A DNA stretch of 63,662 nucleotides, filler included, from Octopus bimaculoides (Eukaryota), in NCBI RefSeq assembly GCF_001194135.2. It is 8 parts of 8 records of this genome, joined end to end, with 100 filler letters (N's around TTAATTAATTAA, not from the genome) between each part and the next. Parts side by side here need not be neighbours in the genome. Positions count along the whole stretch, not along the records: positions 6,982 to 15,612 come from NC_069002.1; positions 15,713 to 37,629 come from NC_068984.1; 6 more parts are not named here. The stretch is one strand, 5' to 3'. Every line of letters starts with the position of its first letter. Positions within the stretch are counted from its first letter, which is position 1. The position numbers and the translations under genes are program-made. This document shows positions 12,729 through 25,334 of this stretch, piece by piece. The notes beneath the pieces were generated by a model. That model searched no databases and was not told the origin of the DNA. It saw nothing but the letters and a program-made list of their open reading frames with translations.

Positions 12729-13424
12729 GTACGTACTTTCACATCTCTTTGGTAGATTGAAACTGAAAGAAACCCAATGTTTATGTGTGTGTCAGTGTTT
12801 ATATTCCTGTAACCTAGCGGTTCAGCAAAATAGACTGATAGAATAAGTACCAGGCTTAACAGAAAAGGACAAACTAAGTAGTGGGGTTGATTCATTCTTC
12901 TGAAATTTCTTCAAGGTGGTGCCCCAGCATGACTACAGTCAAATGACTGAAACTAGTAAAAGATAAAAGATATAATGTTCCTGACAACCTGGAACCATGT
13001 GCTTCCCAACCATCTGGTGTAGCACCTTGGGCAAGTATCTTTACTATAGCTTCAGGCCAATCAAATCCTTATGAGTGGATTTGGCAAATGAAGAACTAAA
13101 AGAAGCCTGTCATGTGTGTATCTTTGTGTCTGTTTGTCCTCCACCACTGCTTGACAGCCAGTGTTGGTATGTTTACATATGTATATGTTTTTGTTTGTTT
13201 GTTACAGGGTTGTTCTGCATCATACCATGTATTGATTCCTATAGCAAAGTTGATATGAGGACTGTCTCTTTTGATGTGCCGCCCCAGGAGGTATGTAGCT
13301 CTGGCTTCCTTTCATTTCGATCCTCATTACCCTTTCTCATCATTTTTCACTTTTTAGAATTTTCCAAAAATTTTTGTGAATTTGTATTTCTACACATTGG
13401 AATTCATATGATTATGAAAAAAAA

Positions 13425-13470
<46 letters not shown>

Positions 13471-14205
13471 NNNNNNNNNNNNNNNNNNNNNNNNNNNNNN
13501 NNNNNNNNNNNNNNNNNNNNNNNNNNNNNNNNNNNNNNNNNNNNNNNNNNNNNNNNNNNNNNNNNNNNNNNNNNNNNNNNNNNNNNNNNNNNNNNNNNNN
13601 NNNNNNNCTCCCCCTCCCCCCTCTCTCTCTCTAGTACCTAGTTGCAGCTAGGAGTACTGTACATCTTCAGAGTACCTATTTCCTGTGAGCGTTGTGCCTT
13701 CCTCATGAAACCCAATTATATCAGCCAAGGGTTGTTATACTTCTCATGCTAATACCAATTAACAGCTAGACAAGGGCCCTGTGAACTCTAACAGCCCCTA
13801 ATCTCTTTGTTTTCATTTCTTTCTTTCAGGTACTCACCAAAGACTCAGTGACCGTAGCAGTGGATGCAGTTGTGTACTTCAGAGTCCAGAATGCCACGAT
13901 GTCCATTGCCAATGTAGAGGATGCGAATCGGTCAACTCGGCTCCTGGCACAGACCACTTTGAGAAATACTCTTGGAACAAAGAACCTCAGTGAGATTTTG
14001 TCTGACAGAGAAACCATTAGTCATTTGATGCAGGTCAGCTCAATGAACCTTCCTAATTTCTTTCTCTTTCTCTCTCTCTCTCTCTCTCTCAGTCTCTTCC
14101 TTCCTCACTCTCTCTATGTCTATATGTCTGCCTCTCTTTGTCTCTTTTTGTCAATGTCTCTCTCTGTGTTTGTCTTTCTCTCTCTGTCTCTTTTTATCCC
14201 ACTTA

Positions 14206-14240
<35 letters not shown>

Positions 14241-15518
14241 TGCATCTCTATTTTTGTACACCTGTCTGTCTCTGTCAGTCTGTCTGTCTGTCCTTCCTGG
14301 AAAACCTGCATACACCTGACTTCACACTAAATTTCTACTTTAGATGTCTATATATATATATACATGTATCCTCTACACTCACACATACACATATACCATA
14401 CACACCTATAAATGATGCTAATTATCTTCTTCGTTCTGTTATCGTTACTCAGAGTTCCCTTGATGAAGCCACAGATCCATGGGGAGTACGAGTAGAAAGG
14501 GTTGAGGTGTAAGTAGACATTACAAGGGTTTTTTTTTTTGCTTGTGTTTACACATTGTTTGTACAGTGCTTGTTTGTTTTTTTTTATACAATACTGGTTT
14601 GTGTTTAATATGGCAAGTTGGCAGAAATGTTAGCATGCCGGGCAAAATGGTGACCTTTGACCTGCATCTGCATGTCAGGGAAGAGATGGATGTCCACAGG
14701 TGTCTACACTGCCTCATGAAGGTCACAGCCAGCTCTCACTGCACATGCAACCATATGCTGCCATCTGTTGGCATGCTACAGAGTTAGTCCAGAGACTTTT
14801 TGATGCCACCTTGTATCAAGGATACACATTAGTGTGTTCTATTTACGTGTAAGATTGATGCATGTACACATCTTGTATGTTGTGTTCACATTCTTCCCCT
14901 AAATTAAGTACCAGTTGTGTACTGGGGTTGATCTAATCGACTGGCCCCACTCCCCAAAAAGCTTGATGCATGTACACATCTTGTATGTTGTGTTCACATT
15001 CTTCCCCTCAAATATATAGCTTTATACCTGCGAATGTTATATAATGTTGTTGTTGTTGCTGTTGTTTGTGTTGTTTGTTGGAATAACAAACTCTAAATTG
15101 TTTGTCCTACAGTAAAGACGTGCGCTTACCTGTACAGCTACAGAGAGCTATGGCAGCTGAAGCTGAAGCCACTCGTGAAGCAAGAGCTAAGGTAAGTGTC
15201 TTCACCATTACTTACTCAACTCTCTCTCTCTCCCTATCTCTCTCTCTCTCTCTCTCTCTCTCTTTCATGTTCTATTCACTGCTAACGTTCTTCTTCTCTC
15301 CATCTTCCTCTCAGGTGATTGCTGCTGAAGGTGAACAGAGGGCATCTCGTGCCTTGAAGGAAGCTGCTGACATCATGTGCGAGTCACCTGCCTCTCTGCA
15401 ACTCCGCTACCTGCAAACCCTCAACACAATCTCCGCCGAGAAGAACTCCACCATCATATTCCCACTCCCCATTGAGGTTCTGAGGAGCTTCATGCCGCCC
15501 CAGTCCCAGTCCCAGTAA
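12656..15518 (+). CDS. STOM: Stomatin/MEC-2-like (band-7/SPFH) gene, 5'-partial; join(12656..12728,13208..13290,13830..14033,14453..14508,15113..15191,15315..15518)
   Basis: Six exons with AG/GT boundaries and compatible phases (0-1,1-0,0-0,0-2,2-0,0-stop) splice to [232 protein letters not shown]. This is collinear with stomatin/MEC-2/podocin. The symbol is a family label; one-to-one orthology is not established. Confidence 0.96.
12750..13185 (+). mobile_element. Two partial family-B SINEs filling the stomatin 479-bp intron
   Basis: 3' half (…ccccagcatg…taaaagataaaag) followed by a 5' half (…gcaccttgggcaagtatct…). Confidence 0.75.
13208..13290 (+). CDS. STOM: Stomatin exon, 83 bp ([28 protein letters not shown])
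   Basis: gttacag|GGTTG...CAGGAG|gtatgt; the phase-1 start matches the previous donor. Confidence 0.95.
13830..14033 (+). CDS. STOM: Stomatin exon, 204 bp (VLTKDSVT...ISHLMQ)
   Basis: ttctttcag|GTACTC...ATGCAG|gtcagc; SPFH core, LLAQTTLRN motif. Confidence 0.96.
14453..14508 (+). CDS. STOM: Stomatin exon, 56 bp ([19 protein letters not shown])
   Basis: ttactcag|AGTTCC...GAGGT|gtaagt; DEATDPWG motif; absent from the ORF track. Confidence 0.94.
15113..15191 (+). CDS. STOM: Stomatin exon, 79 bp ([27 protein letters not shown])
   Basis: tcctacag|TAAAGAC...GCTAAG|gtaagt; coiled-coil AMAAEAEA motif. Confidence 0.95.
15315..15518 (+). CDS. STOM: Stomatin terminal exon ([11 protein letters not shown]...[19 protein letters not shown])
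   Basis: ttcctctcag|GTGATT; LQLRYLQTL and STIIFPLP motifs; TAA at 15516-15518. Confidence 0.95.
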   Translation: MIAAEGEQRASRALKEAADIMCESPASLQLRYLQTLNTISAEKNSTIIFPLPIEVLRSFMPPQSQSQ

Positions 15519-15806
15519 CCCGGTCTGCTTTCGGTAGACAAACAGAGCAGTGAGCAGTCGATGGTGATCACTGTGCCCACCACTGCAGAAACAGAGAAAG
15601 GACGGGGGTTATNNNNNNNNNNNNNNNNNNNNNNNNNNNNNNNNNNNNNNNNNNNNTTAATTAATTAANNNNNNNNNNNNNNNNNNNNNNNNNNNNNNNN
15701 NNNNNNNNNNNNTATATATATATTTGAATATATATATATGTCACATATATATCCATGCTTATGCGTACACGCAAATATTCACGCACACTTATATATATTC
15801 TTGTCC

Positions 15807-15848
<42 letters not shown>

Positions 15849-16049
15849 TTTTAAATATATACACGGGGATGGGGGAATCCACAGCAAAATACAAAAATCA
15901 AATGCAAAAAAAAACTTCTGGAAGTCCAAGAAACATTCACAATTGATATAATAGGTTAACGATGAAAGAATGGAAAATTGTTATGAAGTGAAAGTTACAG
16001 AGTAAATATATAAGGCTTCAGGCATAGTCCTCGCGTAAGACCACTTCGT

Positions 16050-17650
16050 TCATTATTGTTCATACACCAACTTCATGTTTTTTTATTGTAAATGACTGCG
16101 AGTCTTGTTTTATAGACCGCAACGACAGAGAATGCAGCCGGGCTTGTGCTTAGGCATTAGAACTGCTCACATTTCTTGCATTTCCCCTTATAAATCTGAG
16201 GTGCTGTAGTTGATCGAAAAATCCTTAAATATAGCAAACTCTCGTAATATTCCTCTAATTAAACTTGTTCTCCAAAGTATCTGAGACAAACCTGTATTTT
16301 TAGGGCAGATGTGCCGACGTATTCCCAACGTAATCCGTAATGTAAGTAATATCATCTCTTAGATTGAAGCTTCCTATTTCACCCTTCTAAAGTGCCCAAT
16401 TGACAGTGTTATAAGAATGTCGAGAAGTTGATTTTACATTAATCACTTTGGTTCCTTGCACTTCCTTCCTTCTTTCTTTTTTCTTTTTCTTTTTCTTTCT
16501 TTCTTTCTTTCCTTCTTCCTTATACTGCTTTTTCGGAAGAAATCAGCTGTGTTCAGAACTGTAGAGAAATGAGCTAAAGTCTAAAAATGCCGAAGATGCA
16601 CCGTATATTACGGTGTAGAGGAATCAATGCAAAGTAACACTTAGATCGTGCTCTCACAGTAGCCTCTATGAGGTATCTTTAATTTACAATTTATTCACAC
16701 TGGTGTGTTTTGAGGTTCGGCTATGTTCCCCACATTCTTTTTGCCAATACAGTTAATGATCTACCAGTTGTTTGATGTCACCTCTAAACATGGCTCATTC
16801 CTATGCAGACGACAGACTCTTCATTCTCCTTCATCTTCTGCATACAAACATCATCCACATGACTCTATACCTCTCACGTCAGTACCTGCACCACTTCTTT
16901 TTATTACCAGAAGCCTGGAAGAAGTATTTCGATGATATATTAATTTATTCGTTTTCACCTGCACCATAATGATCATACGAAGAAACAACTTTATAATATA
17001 CTCTCTATGGACTTGGTTAATTAATGGCTAAAATTGCTAAAGGCCAATGCTAACGATCTTCCCTCGTGTCCTTCACCAACACAGCATAACGAAAACGGTA
17101 TTCCAAATATTAATCTTTCTCTTCAAGTTCTAAAGCATATTCAATTCTAACCAACTACTAACTATATGATGCTCACGAGATACACAATGGAATACTGCTC
17201 CCGTGTCTAATACAACGAAGCTAACATAATACTAAACATCATAGTTGGTAACCAAAAGAAGGCTATCCAGCTGATTGGCAAACGGGCACAAAAATAAATT
17301 ACAATCTTAATTGCATTTCTCTGCTCACTCTATTACCCGTACAGTAGCCAATGCTTCACTGAACATAGTGGTTTCATAGGTTTTTATGCTAAAACCCACA
17401 AAAAAAAAAGACTCGTTTCTTCTCCCCTCATTCATTATCCATGCTGTTTCATCATAACTCCACGCTAACTAATCGTCCAATCCTTTTCACTGAGAATACC
17501 AGCCTCTTGGAAGTCTATTATCACTGACGTATTTACTGCGGACGTAAACTTACAAATGTTCAATCTATGTTTAAACTACAACGGTTACACCACTCTCAGT
17601 GTGATCATAGATATAACCCATTCCTCCCTACTGAGCTAAATTCTAGCTCT
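16050..17650 (+). mobile_element. Highly decayed CR1/L2-type LINE reverse transcriptase
   Basis: broken frames IHTGVF*GSAMFPTFF (GVPQGS motif), NDLP, HSYADD at ~16690-16830, and EYCSRV...QKKAIQLI at ~17190-17280. Confidence 0.65.
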
Positions 17651-19270
17651 CACCAGAAAAGGAAGAATGTGCGACAGTTTCAGCAAAATAAAAATTCAGC
17701 TCTTGCTTTACCATACTCACTAAGGGCAATATATATTTGCGGTAGACAAATAAATATTGATTTTCTTATTTGGAAAGAAAGGTAACTCAATGTAATCTAA
17801 CTCCTTCGTTGTCAGACTACGACTTTTCTCTATAAGCCTTCTTTCTACTTTTCTTTTTCTGCTTCAGTTTCTAAACTACTCGCTCTCTCCTCTTCTTGTC
17901 TATCTTTCAAGTTATCTTTCTTCCTCTCGCTATTTCTTTCCCATCGTTATTACACCCACCCACATGCAAATAAACACGAAACCCAGGATTTAAAGTGTTA
18001 GTTGTGACATTGAAAGTGGTATAGTTTATATAACTGTCAGAAATGTTATGTCGGTATGACAGCGGCTATCGAGTTAGCAGTGGTAGTCGTAGTAATAGTT
18101 TTTATTATTGTTATTACGGTCGTTATTCTTTTGGTGTAGGGATAATATTTGTTTTCATGGTAATGTTATCAACAGTTGTAGTATTGTTTTCAGTGCATCC
18201 TGCTCATAACGTAATGACATTGATAAATAATGATTTCTGATGCTACCAGTACTGATGGATGGTAACAATAATAAACATACTTGTACTATGCTCGTTCAGT
18301 GTGGGTTGTAACACCTAATGTAGTGAGCCAAAATGATATTTAATCAATTAGTTAATTGTAGTTACACACGTAATGAAAAAAATCATTAACATTAATGAAA
18401 TGTTTTGCAAAAAAAAAAAAGCAAAAGAGTTAGCGCCAAAATTCAAAGTGATTAATAATTAAAGGAACACATATGGTGGGGAGTAAGTCTGGTTTTGGTA
18501 AATGCAATGATAGCTCCAGACATCTACCGCTGATATAAGACGCATCAAATTCTTTGTAATATTGGTGATGATATCGGTGCTCTTGATGTTTATTAAGAGC
18601 AGCGTTCCATCTGAGACTATTCCATATTATACTGTATTTTGAAATAATGGCATGAAATTTGATATCAAAAAAAATTCTCACGAAGACATAAATGTCTAAA
18701 ATAGTATTGTATTAAAAATATATGTAAATATACGAAACATGACAGTTTAAAAATGTGTTAATTAATGCATCTTACGATCGTTTCACGAAAGTATTGTCAT
18801 CATAATGGAATCCATTGTTGATACACATTCATAGACAATACTTCCGCTCGTCAGAGATGGAGAAGATAAAGTTTTTTATAATATATCGAATGTTGTTTTA
18901 AAATTAGAAAAATATATGAGAAAGTATTTTTGAAACATATATTAAAATTTACTGGTTTAGATTTATGCAGGTAGACTTTGGTAAGAAAATCTAAAGTTTG
19001 TATATATATATATCCATGGGAAATTCATCTCAGTAATCCATGACCGGTTTTGATTTATGCAGATAGACTATTCCATATTATATGAAAAACGTGTTTAAGG
19101 TCACGTTATCCAATATGGCCTTCCATCTTCACGATTAAATGGTGTGAGTTGAATGATGTTCGACTGCTATCTCCAGCAAGTTGAGCAACCAGTTAGATGC
19201 CGCATTCCTTGGCTCATGTTATTATCATTGTTGTTGTTTGACAATGGTACGAGTGGTTGGCTCTATTTTA

Positions 19271-19309
<39 letters not shown>

Positions 19310-19315
19310 CAGCAA

Positions 19316-19348
<33 letters not shown>

Positions 19349-19349
19349 C

Positions 19350-19395
<46 letters not shown>

Positions 19396-19396
19396 A
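19271..19396. repeat. (TAG)n microsatellite
   Basis: direct reading; source of the poly-Val/poly-Tyr ORFs. Confidence 0.95.
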
Positions 19397-19985
19397 ATAA
19401 ATATAAGTGTTGTTCGTGTTGTCGAAGTTGTTCTTAATGTGGACGAATTCATGAGTTCTTCATTTCTTTCCTTGCATTAAAATTTTTTTTTTATCTTGGT
19501 TTTGTTATTAGTCGTACGGGTGTAATTTTAGATTCCGACTTTCTCTTAAACATTAAGATTTGTCGACTTCCGCAATTTAAGTTGAATTTATATGCCGACC
19601 TACTGGCTCTCGATGATGCAATGTTAAAGCCTGGGTTCAGGTTGAGGAAATTAGGTGGGGGTTTTCTAACTACATTCCAGAGTTCGCTTGTAGTTATGCT
19701 GTGACATACGTGTGTGGTCTTCTGGTGAAGAGGTCCGTCATTTGTAATTCTCCTTTTCGTTGCGTTATTTTTCTCAAAACATTGTCGCTAAATAATAACA
19801 AACTAAATGTTACATTAATTTAGTGCAATCAAACCAGGAGTGGTTCCCTAGGCTATGAGATCAATCCTTTCCATATCCACTGAGAGGTATATTAATACAT
19901 GAGAGTATTTTTACCGAACATTTATATCACTAATTGTACAAGCTACACACATTTAAACACTTGCACACACACATACCTACATATT

Positions 19986-20023
<38 letters not shown>

Positions 20024-20520
20024 TNNNNNNNNNNNNNNNNNNNNNNNNNNNNNNNNNNNNNNNNNNNNNNNNNNNNNNNNNNNNNNNNNNNNNNNNNNNN
20101 NNNNNNNNNNNNNNNNNNNNNNNNNNNNNNNNNNNNNNNNNNNNNNNNNNNNNNNNNNNNNNNNNNNNNNNNNNNNNNNNNNNNNNNNNNNNNNNNNNNN
20201 NNNNNNNNNNNNNNNNNNNNNNNNNNNNNNNNNNNNNNNNNNNNNNNNNNNNNNNNNNNNNNNNNNNNNNNNNNNNNNNNNNNNNNNNNNNNNNNNNNNN
20301 NNNNNNNNNNNNNNNNNNNNNNNNNNNNNNNNNNNNNNNNNNNNNNNNNNNNNNNNNNNNNNNNNNNNNNNNNNNNNNNNNNNNNNNNNNNNNNNNNNNN
20401 NNNNNNNNNNNNNNNNNNNNNNNNNNNNNNNNNNNNNNNNNNNNNNNNNNNNNNNNNNNNNNNNNNNNNNNNNNNNNNNNNNNNNNNNNNNNNNNNNNNN
20501 NNNNNNNNNNNNNNNNNNNN

Positions 20521-20583
<63 letters not shown>

Positions 20584-20997
20584 GAATATATATGTGTGTA
20601 CATGTTACATGTATATATATTCATATACATATGTATATATTTATATGTATATATGGATGTATTTTTATATATAAAAAAGATGGAGAAACAAGATGAGGTA
20701 CGTTCTTTGAGAAAGTCTGGTAGAACGATCATACAACAACATTTGCGTAAGAGAAGGAACATTTTTACTTAATTTTAGAGCCATCACTGTACACCCACTC
20801 CACCATACACACTCTCACGCACATACACACGAACAAAAACACACCCGCACATACATACATACACACATACATAAACACACATAGATAAGTGTATACATAT
20901 ATGCTATATATATGTATATGTATGAATCCATGTATCTTTCTCTCATTGTATATAAATATGTATATACGTATGTACAAACATTCATATATTTCTATGT

Positions 20998-21035
<38 letters not shown>

Positions 21036-21267
21036 GCACACACACACATATATATAGGCATGTATGTATATGCCTGTATGTATGTATATATGTATGTGTG
21101 TGTGCGTTGTATGTATATTACAAATTTTGTTTGCTGTCAATTTTCACATCTTTTCCATGCATTTGTCACACTTCAATACAAACTGATAGATTTCTGAGTC
21201 TATACTTTGTAAGTCTCCAGTGCTCTAATCTAGCAGCTGTTACGATTTACTCTTTTCAATCTGTCTG

Positions 21268-21344
<77 letters not shown>

Positions 21345-21730
21345 NNNNNNNNNNNNNNNNNNNNNNNNNNNNNNNNNNNNNNNNNNNNNNNNNNNNNNNN
21401 NNNNNNNNNNNNNNNNNNNNNNNNNNNNNNNNNNNNNNNNNNNNNNNNNNNNNNNNNNNNNNNNNNNNNNNNNNNNNNNNNNNNNNNNNNNNNNNNNNNN
21501 NNNNNNNNNNNNNNNNNNNNNNNNNNNNNNNNNNNNNNNNNNNNNNNNNNNNNNNNNNNNNNNNNNNNNNNNNNNNNNNNNNNNNNNNNNNNNNNNNNNN
21601 NNNNNNNNNNNNNNNNNNNNNNNNNNNNNNNNNNNNNNNNNNNNNNNNNNNNNNNNNNNNNNNNNNNNNNNNNNNNNNNNNNNNNNNNNNNNNNNNNNNN
21701 NNNNNNNNNNNNNNNNNNNNNNNNNNNNNN

Positions 21731-21766
<36 letters not shown>

Positions 21767-21807
21767 GCATACATACATACAAATACACATATATATATGC
21801 ATAAATA

Positions 21808-22707
21808 TACATATCAAAAAGTTCCACGACTAGTTATGATTAATAAATATAACTTACTTAATTAAGTTTTAACATCATGTCCTTCGAAATAGTCACCTTG
21901 TGCATCAATACACCAATCTTAGCGTTCCTTCTACCTTTAGAATCCGGTCTAGAAGTCGTCCTCCGTAAGGAAGTCGAAGACCTGCGATTCGCTCTGCATC
22001 ACGACAAAGGTGTCAAAACGGCGGCCTTTGAGCCACATTTTCGTCTCAGGAAGTCCGTAGAGCTATACCTGGCGCTGGAAGTCCATAGTGGTATACCTAG
22101 TGCTGGAAGTCCATAGTGCTATACCTGGCGGATAGGATGGGAGTGGAAGCGATACTATGTTGTTTTTGGCGAGGCACTCACGAAGGAGGAGAGCTCGGTG
22201 ACAAAGTGGATTGTCGTCGTGAAGACTCCCTTCCTTTGCGCTCCACAGGTCTGATCGCTTTCACCAAATGTCCTCCCTCAAACGCTTCAACACTTCGTAG
22301 ATTGTCATCCGACAATTCTCATGCACAATCTGATGCATTTTATCCACACTTCCGAGGGTGGCTCTCGTGGCAGGTTTTCCAGATCACACGTCGTCAACCA
22401 GGGACGTTCTTCCGCTTTTGAAACACCCGTGCCACTCGAAACATTGTGTGCGACTCGTTACCTCGTTGCCGTAAGCTTACCGAACCACGTTCAATGTCTT
22501 TGTAGCAGACTTCTCAAGTTTAACGCAAAATTTCCCGTCTGCTCTTTATTCAAAATTCCTGTCTATGTCAAAAATCACAGACTACAGTGCGATGTCACTC
22601 GGCACACTGCCTAATGAAGATCACTGCTAGCTCTCATTGCATACGCAGTCGTATGCTGTCATCTGTTGGCGCGCTACAGAACTAGTCCGGTGACGTTTTG
22701 ACACGTA
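21808..22707 (-). mobile_element. Internally deleted mariner relic
   Basis: minus frame KFCVKLEKSAT...CFEWHGCFKSGRTSLVDD...SGKP, later LHDDNP...PSYPP; degenerate ~22-bp TIRs at 21814-21835 and 22680-22701. Confidence 0.8.
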
Positions 22708-22910
22708 CACACACACATGCACACACGCATGCACACACGCATGCGCGTACGCACATACACACGCGCTCGCGCACGCAGACACACATATATATAGGTATAT
22801 GTATGTATATGTTTGTGTATATATATATATATATATATACACACACGCACAAAATATACAATTATATATATAAACACACACACAAAATATACAATTATAT
22901 AAATATAATT

Positions 22911-23274
22911 ATAGTAAGGGCACTACTGAGTAGCGCCACATGCTAGAAATAAACGCCAAATAACTCTAAGAGCTACATTATTTATCACAGATAAACGAAT
23001 TAGATTTTGCATGCACTTGTGGATAAGTTGTGTTCGTATGGGTGTATATAAATGTTTATAATTTTGTACTTTGAGTTATAAGATAACCGAAGACGCTAAA
23101 GGGTGCTACATCCCTAAACTAGAAATCGATTTATGGTTAAACCCTCCTAAAAAAGATCTTCGTTGTTCATTTCGCTCACTTTCAGCCCGTGCCAATGTGA
23201 TAAATAATGTAGTTCTTAGAGCCATTTGGCGTCTATTTCTAGTACACGACGCTACTCAATAGTGCCCCTACTAT
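22911..23274. mobile_element. MITE with ~77-bp terminal inverted repeats
   Basis: left agtaagggcactactgagtagcg...ctacattatttatcac vs the rc of the right arm agtaggggcactattgagtagcg...ctacattatttatcac. Confidence 0.8.
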
Positions 23275-24651
23275 TATTATATTTATATAATTATATATCT
23301 TGTATTCATTTTTACCTATATGGTTTATTACATGCTGGGTACTTAATAAAATCTTATATAGATTTTATCCTTGATTATNNNNNNNNNNNNNNNNNNNNNN
23401 NNNNNNNNNNNNNNNNNNNNNNNNNNNNNNNNNNNNNNNNNNNNNNNNNNNNNNNNNNNNNNNNNNNNNNNNNNNNNNNNNNNNNNNNNNNNNNNNNNNN
23501 NNNNNNNNNNNNNNNNNNNNNNNNNNNNNNNNNNNNNNNNNNNNNNNNNNNNNNNNNNNNNNNNNNNNNNNNNNNNNNNNNNNNNNNNNNNNNNNNNNNN
23601 NNNNNNNNNNNNNNNNNNNNNNNNNNNNNNNNNNNNNNNNNNNNNNNNNNNNNNNNNNNNNNNNNNNNNNNNNNNNNNNNNNNNNNNNNNNNNNNNNNNN
23701 NNNNNNNNNNNNNNNNNNNNNNNNNNNNNNNNNNNNNNNNNNNNNNNNNNNNNNNNNNNNNNNNNNNNNNNNNNNNNNNNNNNNNNNNNNNNNNNNNNNN
23801 NNNNNNNNNNNNNNNNNNNNNNNNNNNNNNNNNNNNNNNNNNNNNNNNNNNNNNNNNNNNNNNNNNNNNNNNNNNNNNNNNNNNNNNNNNNNNNNNNNNN
23901 NNNNNNNNNNNNNNNNNNNNNNNNNNNNNNNNNNNNNNNNNNNNNNNNNNNNNNNNNNNNNNNNNNNNNNNNNNNNNNNNNNNNNNNNNNNNNNNNNNNN
24001 NNNNNNNNNNNNNNNNNNNNNNNNNNNNNNNNNNNNNNNNNNNNNNNNNTATATACGCATGTATATTACATGTATACATACATATACATGTTTGTACACA
24101 CATACACACAAACACGCGCGAGCGCGCACACACTTACCCAACAGTATCAGTATCAGCTCCTCTTTACTCTGTAGTTTTCGGTTTTTCTGTTTTCCTCTCT
24201 CATTGTATCCATTTGACTGGGGTTTTAAAATGGCTTTGTTCTGGTAGCTGGAATATGTAACCAACTTGTTTCAATCTTCATTCTATGATTAGTCTGCTAA
24301 ATATCCCCTGAACGCTTTCCCAATTTTGGGGTTTGTTACTCGTTCTTGCAAATACATTTTCAGAATTTTTCTCAAGCTTCATTGATAATAGGCATTTAGC
24401 TTTCGATTTTCATGGTTCTATTCCAAATCTTATTAGCTTAGAGAATTCTTGGTCGAACTATGCTATTATAACGGCCAGTATTTCTGTGTAGTCCGATGGT
24501 GCACATTCTCTGGAATATGACTGCTTTTGCCAAATCTATGGTTGCCCACCGTCTCAATACCAGTATTGTTACTACTAAAGATACCCAGATTGGTGAATCT
24601 GTCTTCATTATAATATGTACATATACATACATATTTATATATACTTACACA

Positions 24652-24686
<35 letters not shown>

Positions 24687-24944
24687 GAAATTTATAAAAG
24701 AAAAAAACAAGTCAGGTGTATGAACAACAAACAGGTGTATTAGCTTGACGCTCAGGAAAGTGAAAAGGTCTTTTACGTTTCGAGCCTACGCTCTTCAACG
24801 GAAAGGAATAAGAGAGAATAAAAAAAACTTGTGGATTTAGCGGTCAAGCATATATATATATATCGTAAATGTAGAACGTTGGTGTGAGTGCTCAACACTG
24901 CATTGGTGGATAAAAAATTTCGTTATTTGTGAGTTAAGACCATC

Positions 24945-25137
24945 GTTTGTTTACGTTGGAAGCTTTGATACGTAATTGTAGAACGTTGGAATGAGTGCTC
25001 AACACTGCATTGGTGGATAAATGATTTCTTTAAGGCTTTAAGCCACGACTAAAGAAATTATCTATCCCTCAATGCGGTGTTGAGCGCTCATTCCAACGTT
25101 CTACATTTACGTATCAAAGCTTCCGACGTAAACAAAC
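24945..25137. repeat. Near-perfect palindrome: 88-bp arms, 17-nt loop (foldback MITE-like)
   Basis: 24945-25032 vs rc of 25050-25137: 8 mismatches; a partial direct duplicate of the left arm lies at ~24864-24915. Confidence 0.9.
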
Positions 25138-25334
25138 ACCGGTTGAGCACTGAAAACGAACGAAAGATTAAAACAAACCATGGCCTTAATTCACAAATAA
25201 AGAAAATATATATATATATANNNNNNNNNNNNNNNNNNNNNNNNNNNNNNNNNNNNNNNNNNNNNNNNNNNNNNNNNNNNNNNNNNNNNNNNNNNNNNNN
25301 NNNNNNNNNNNNNNNNNNNNNNNNNNNNNNNATA

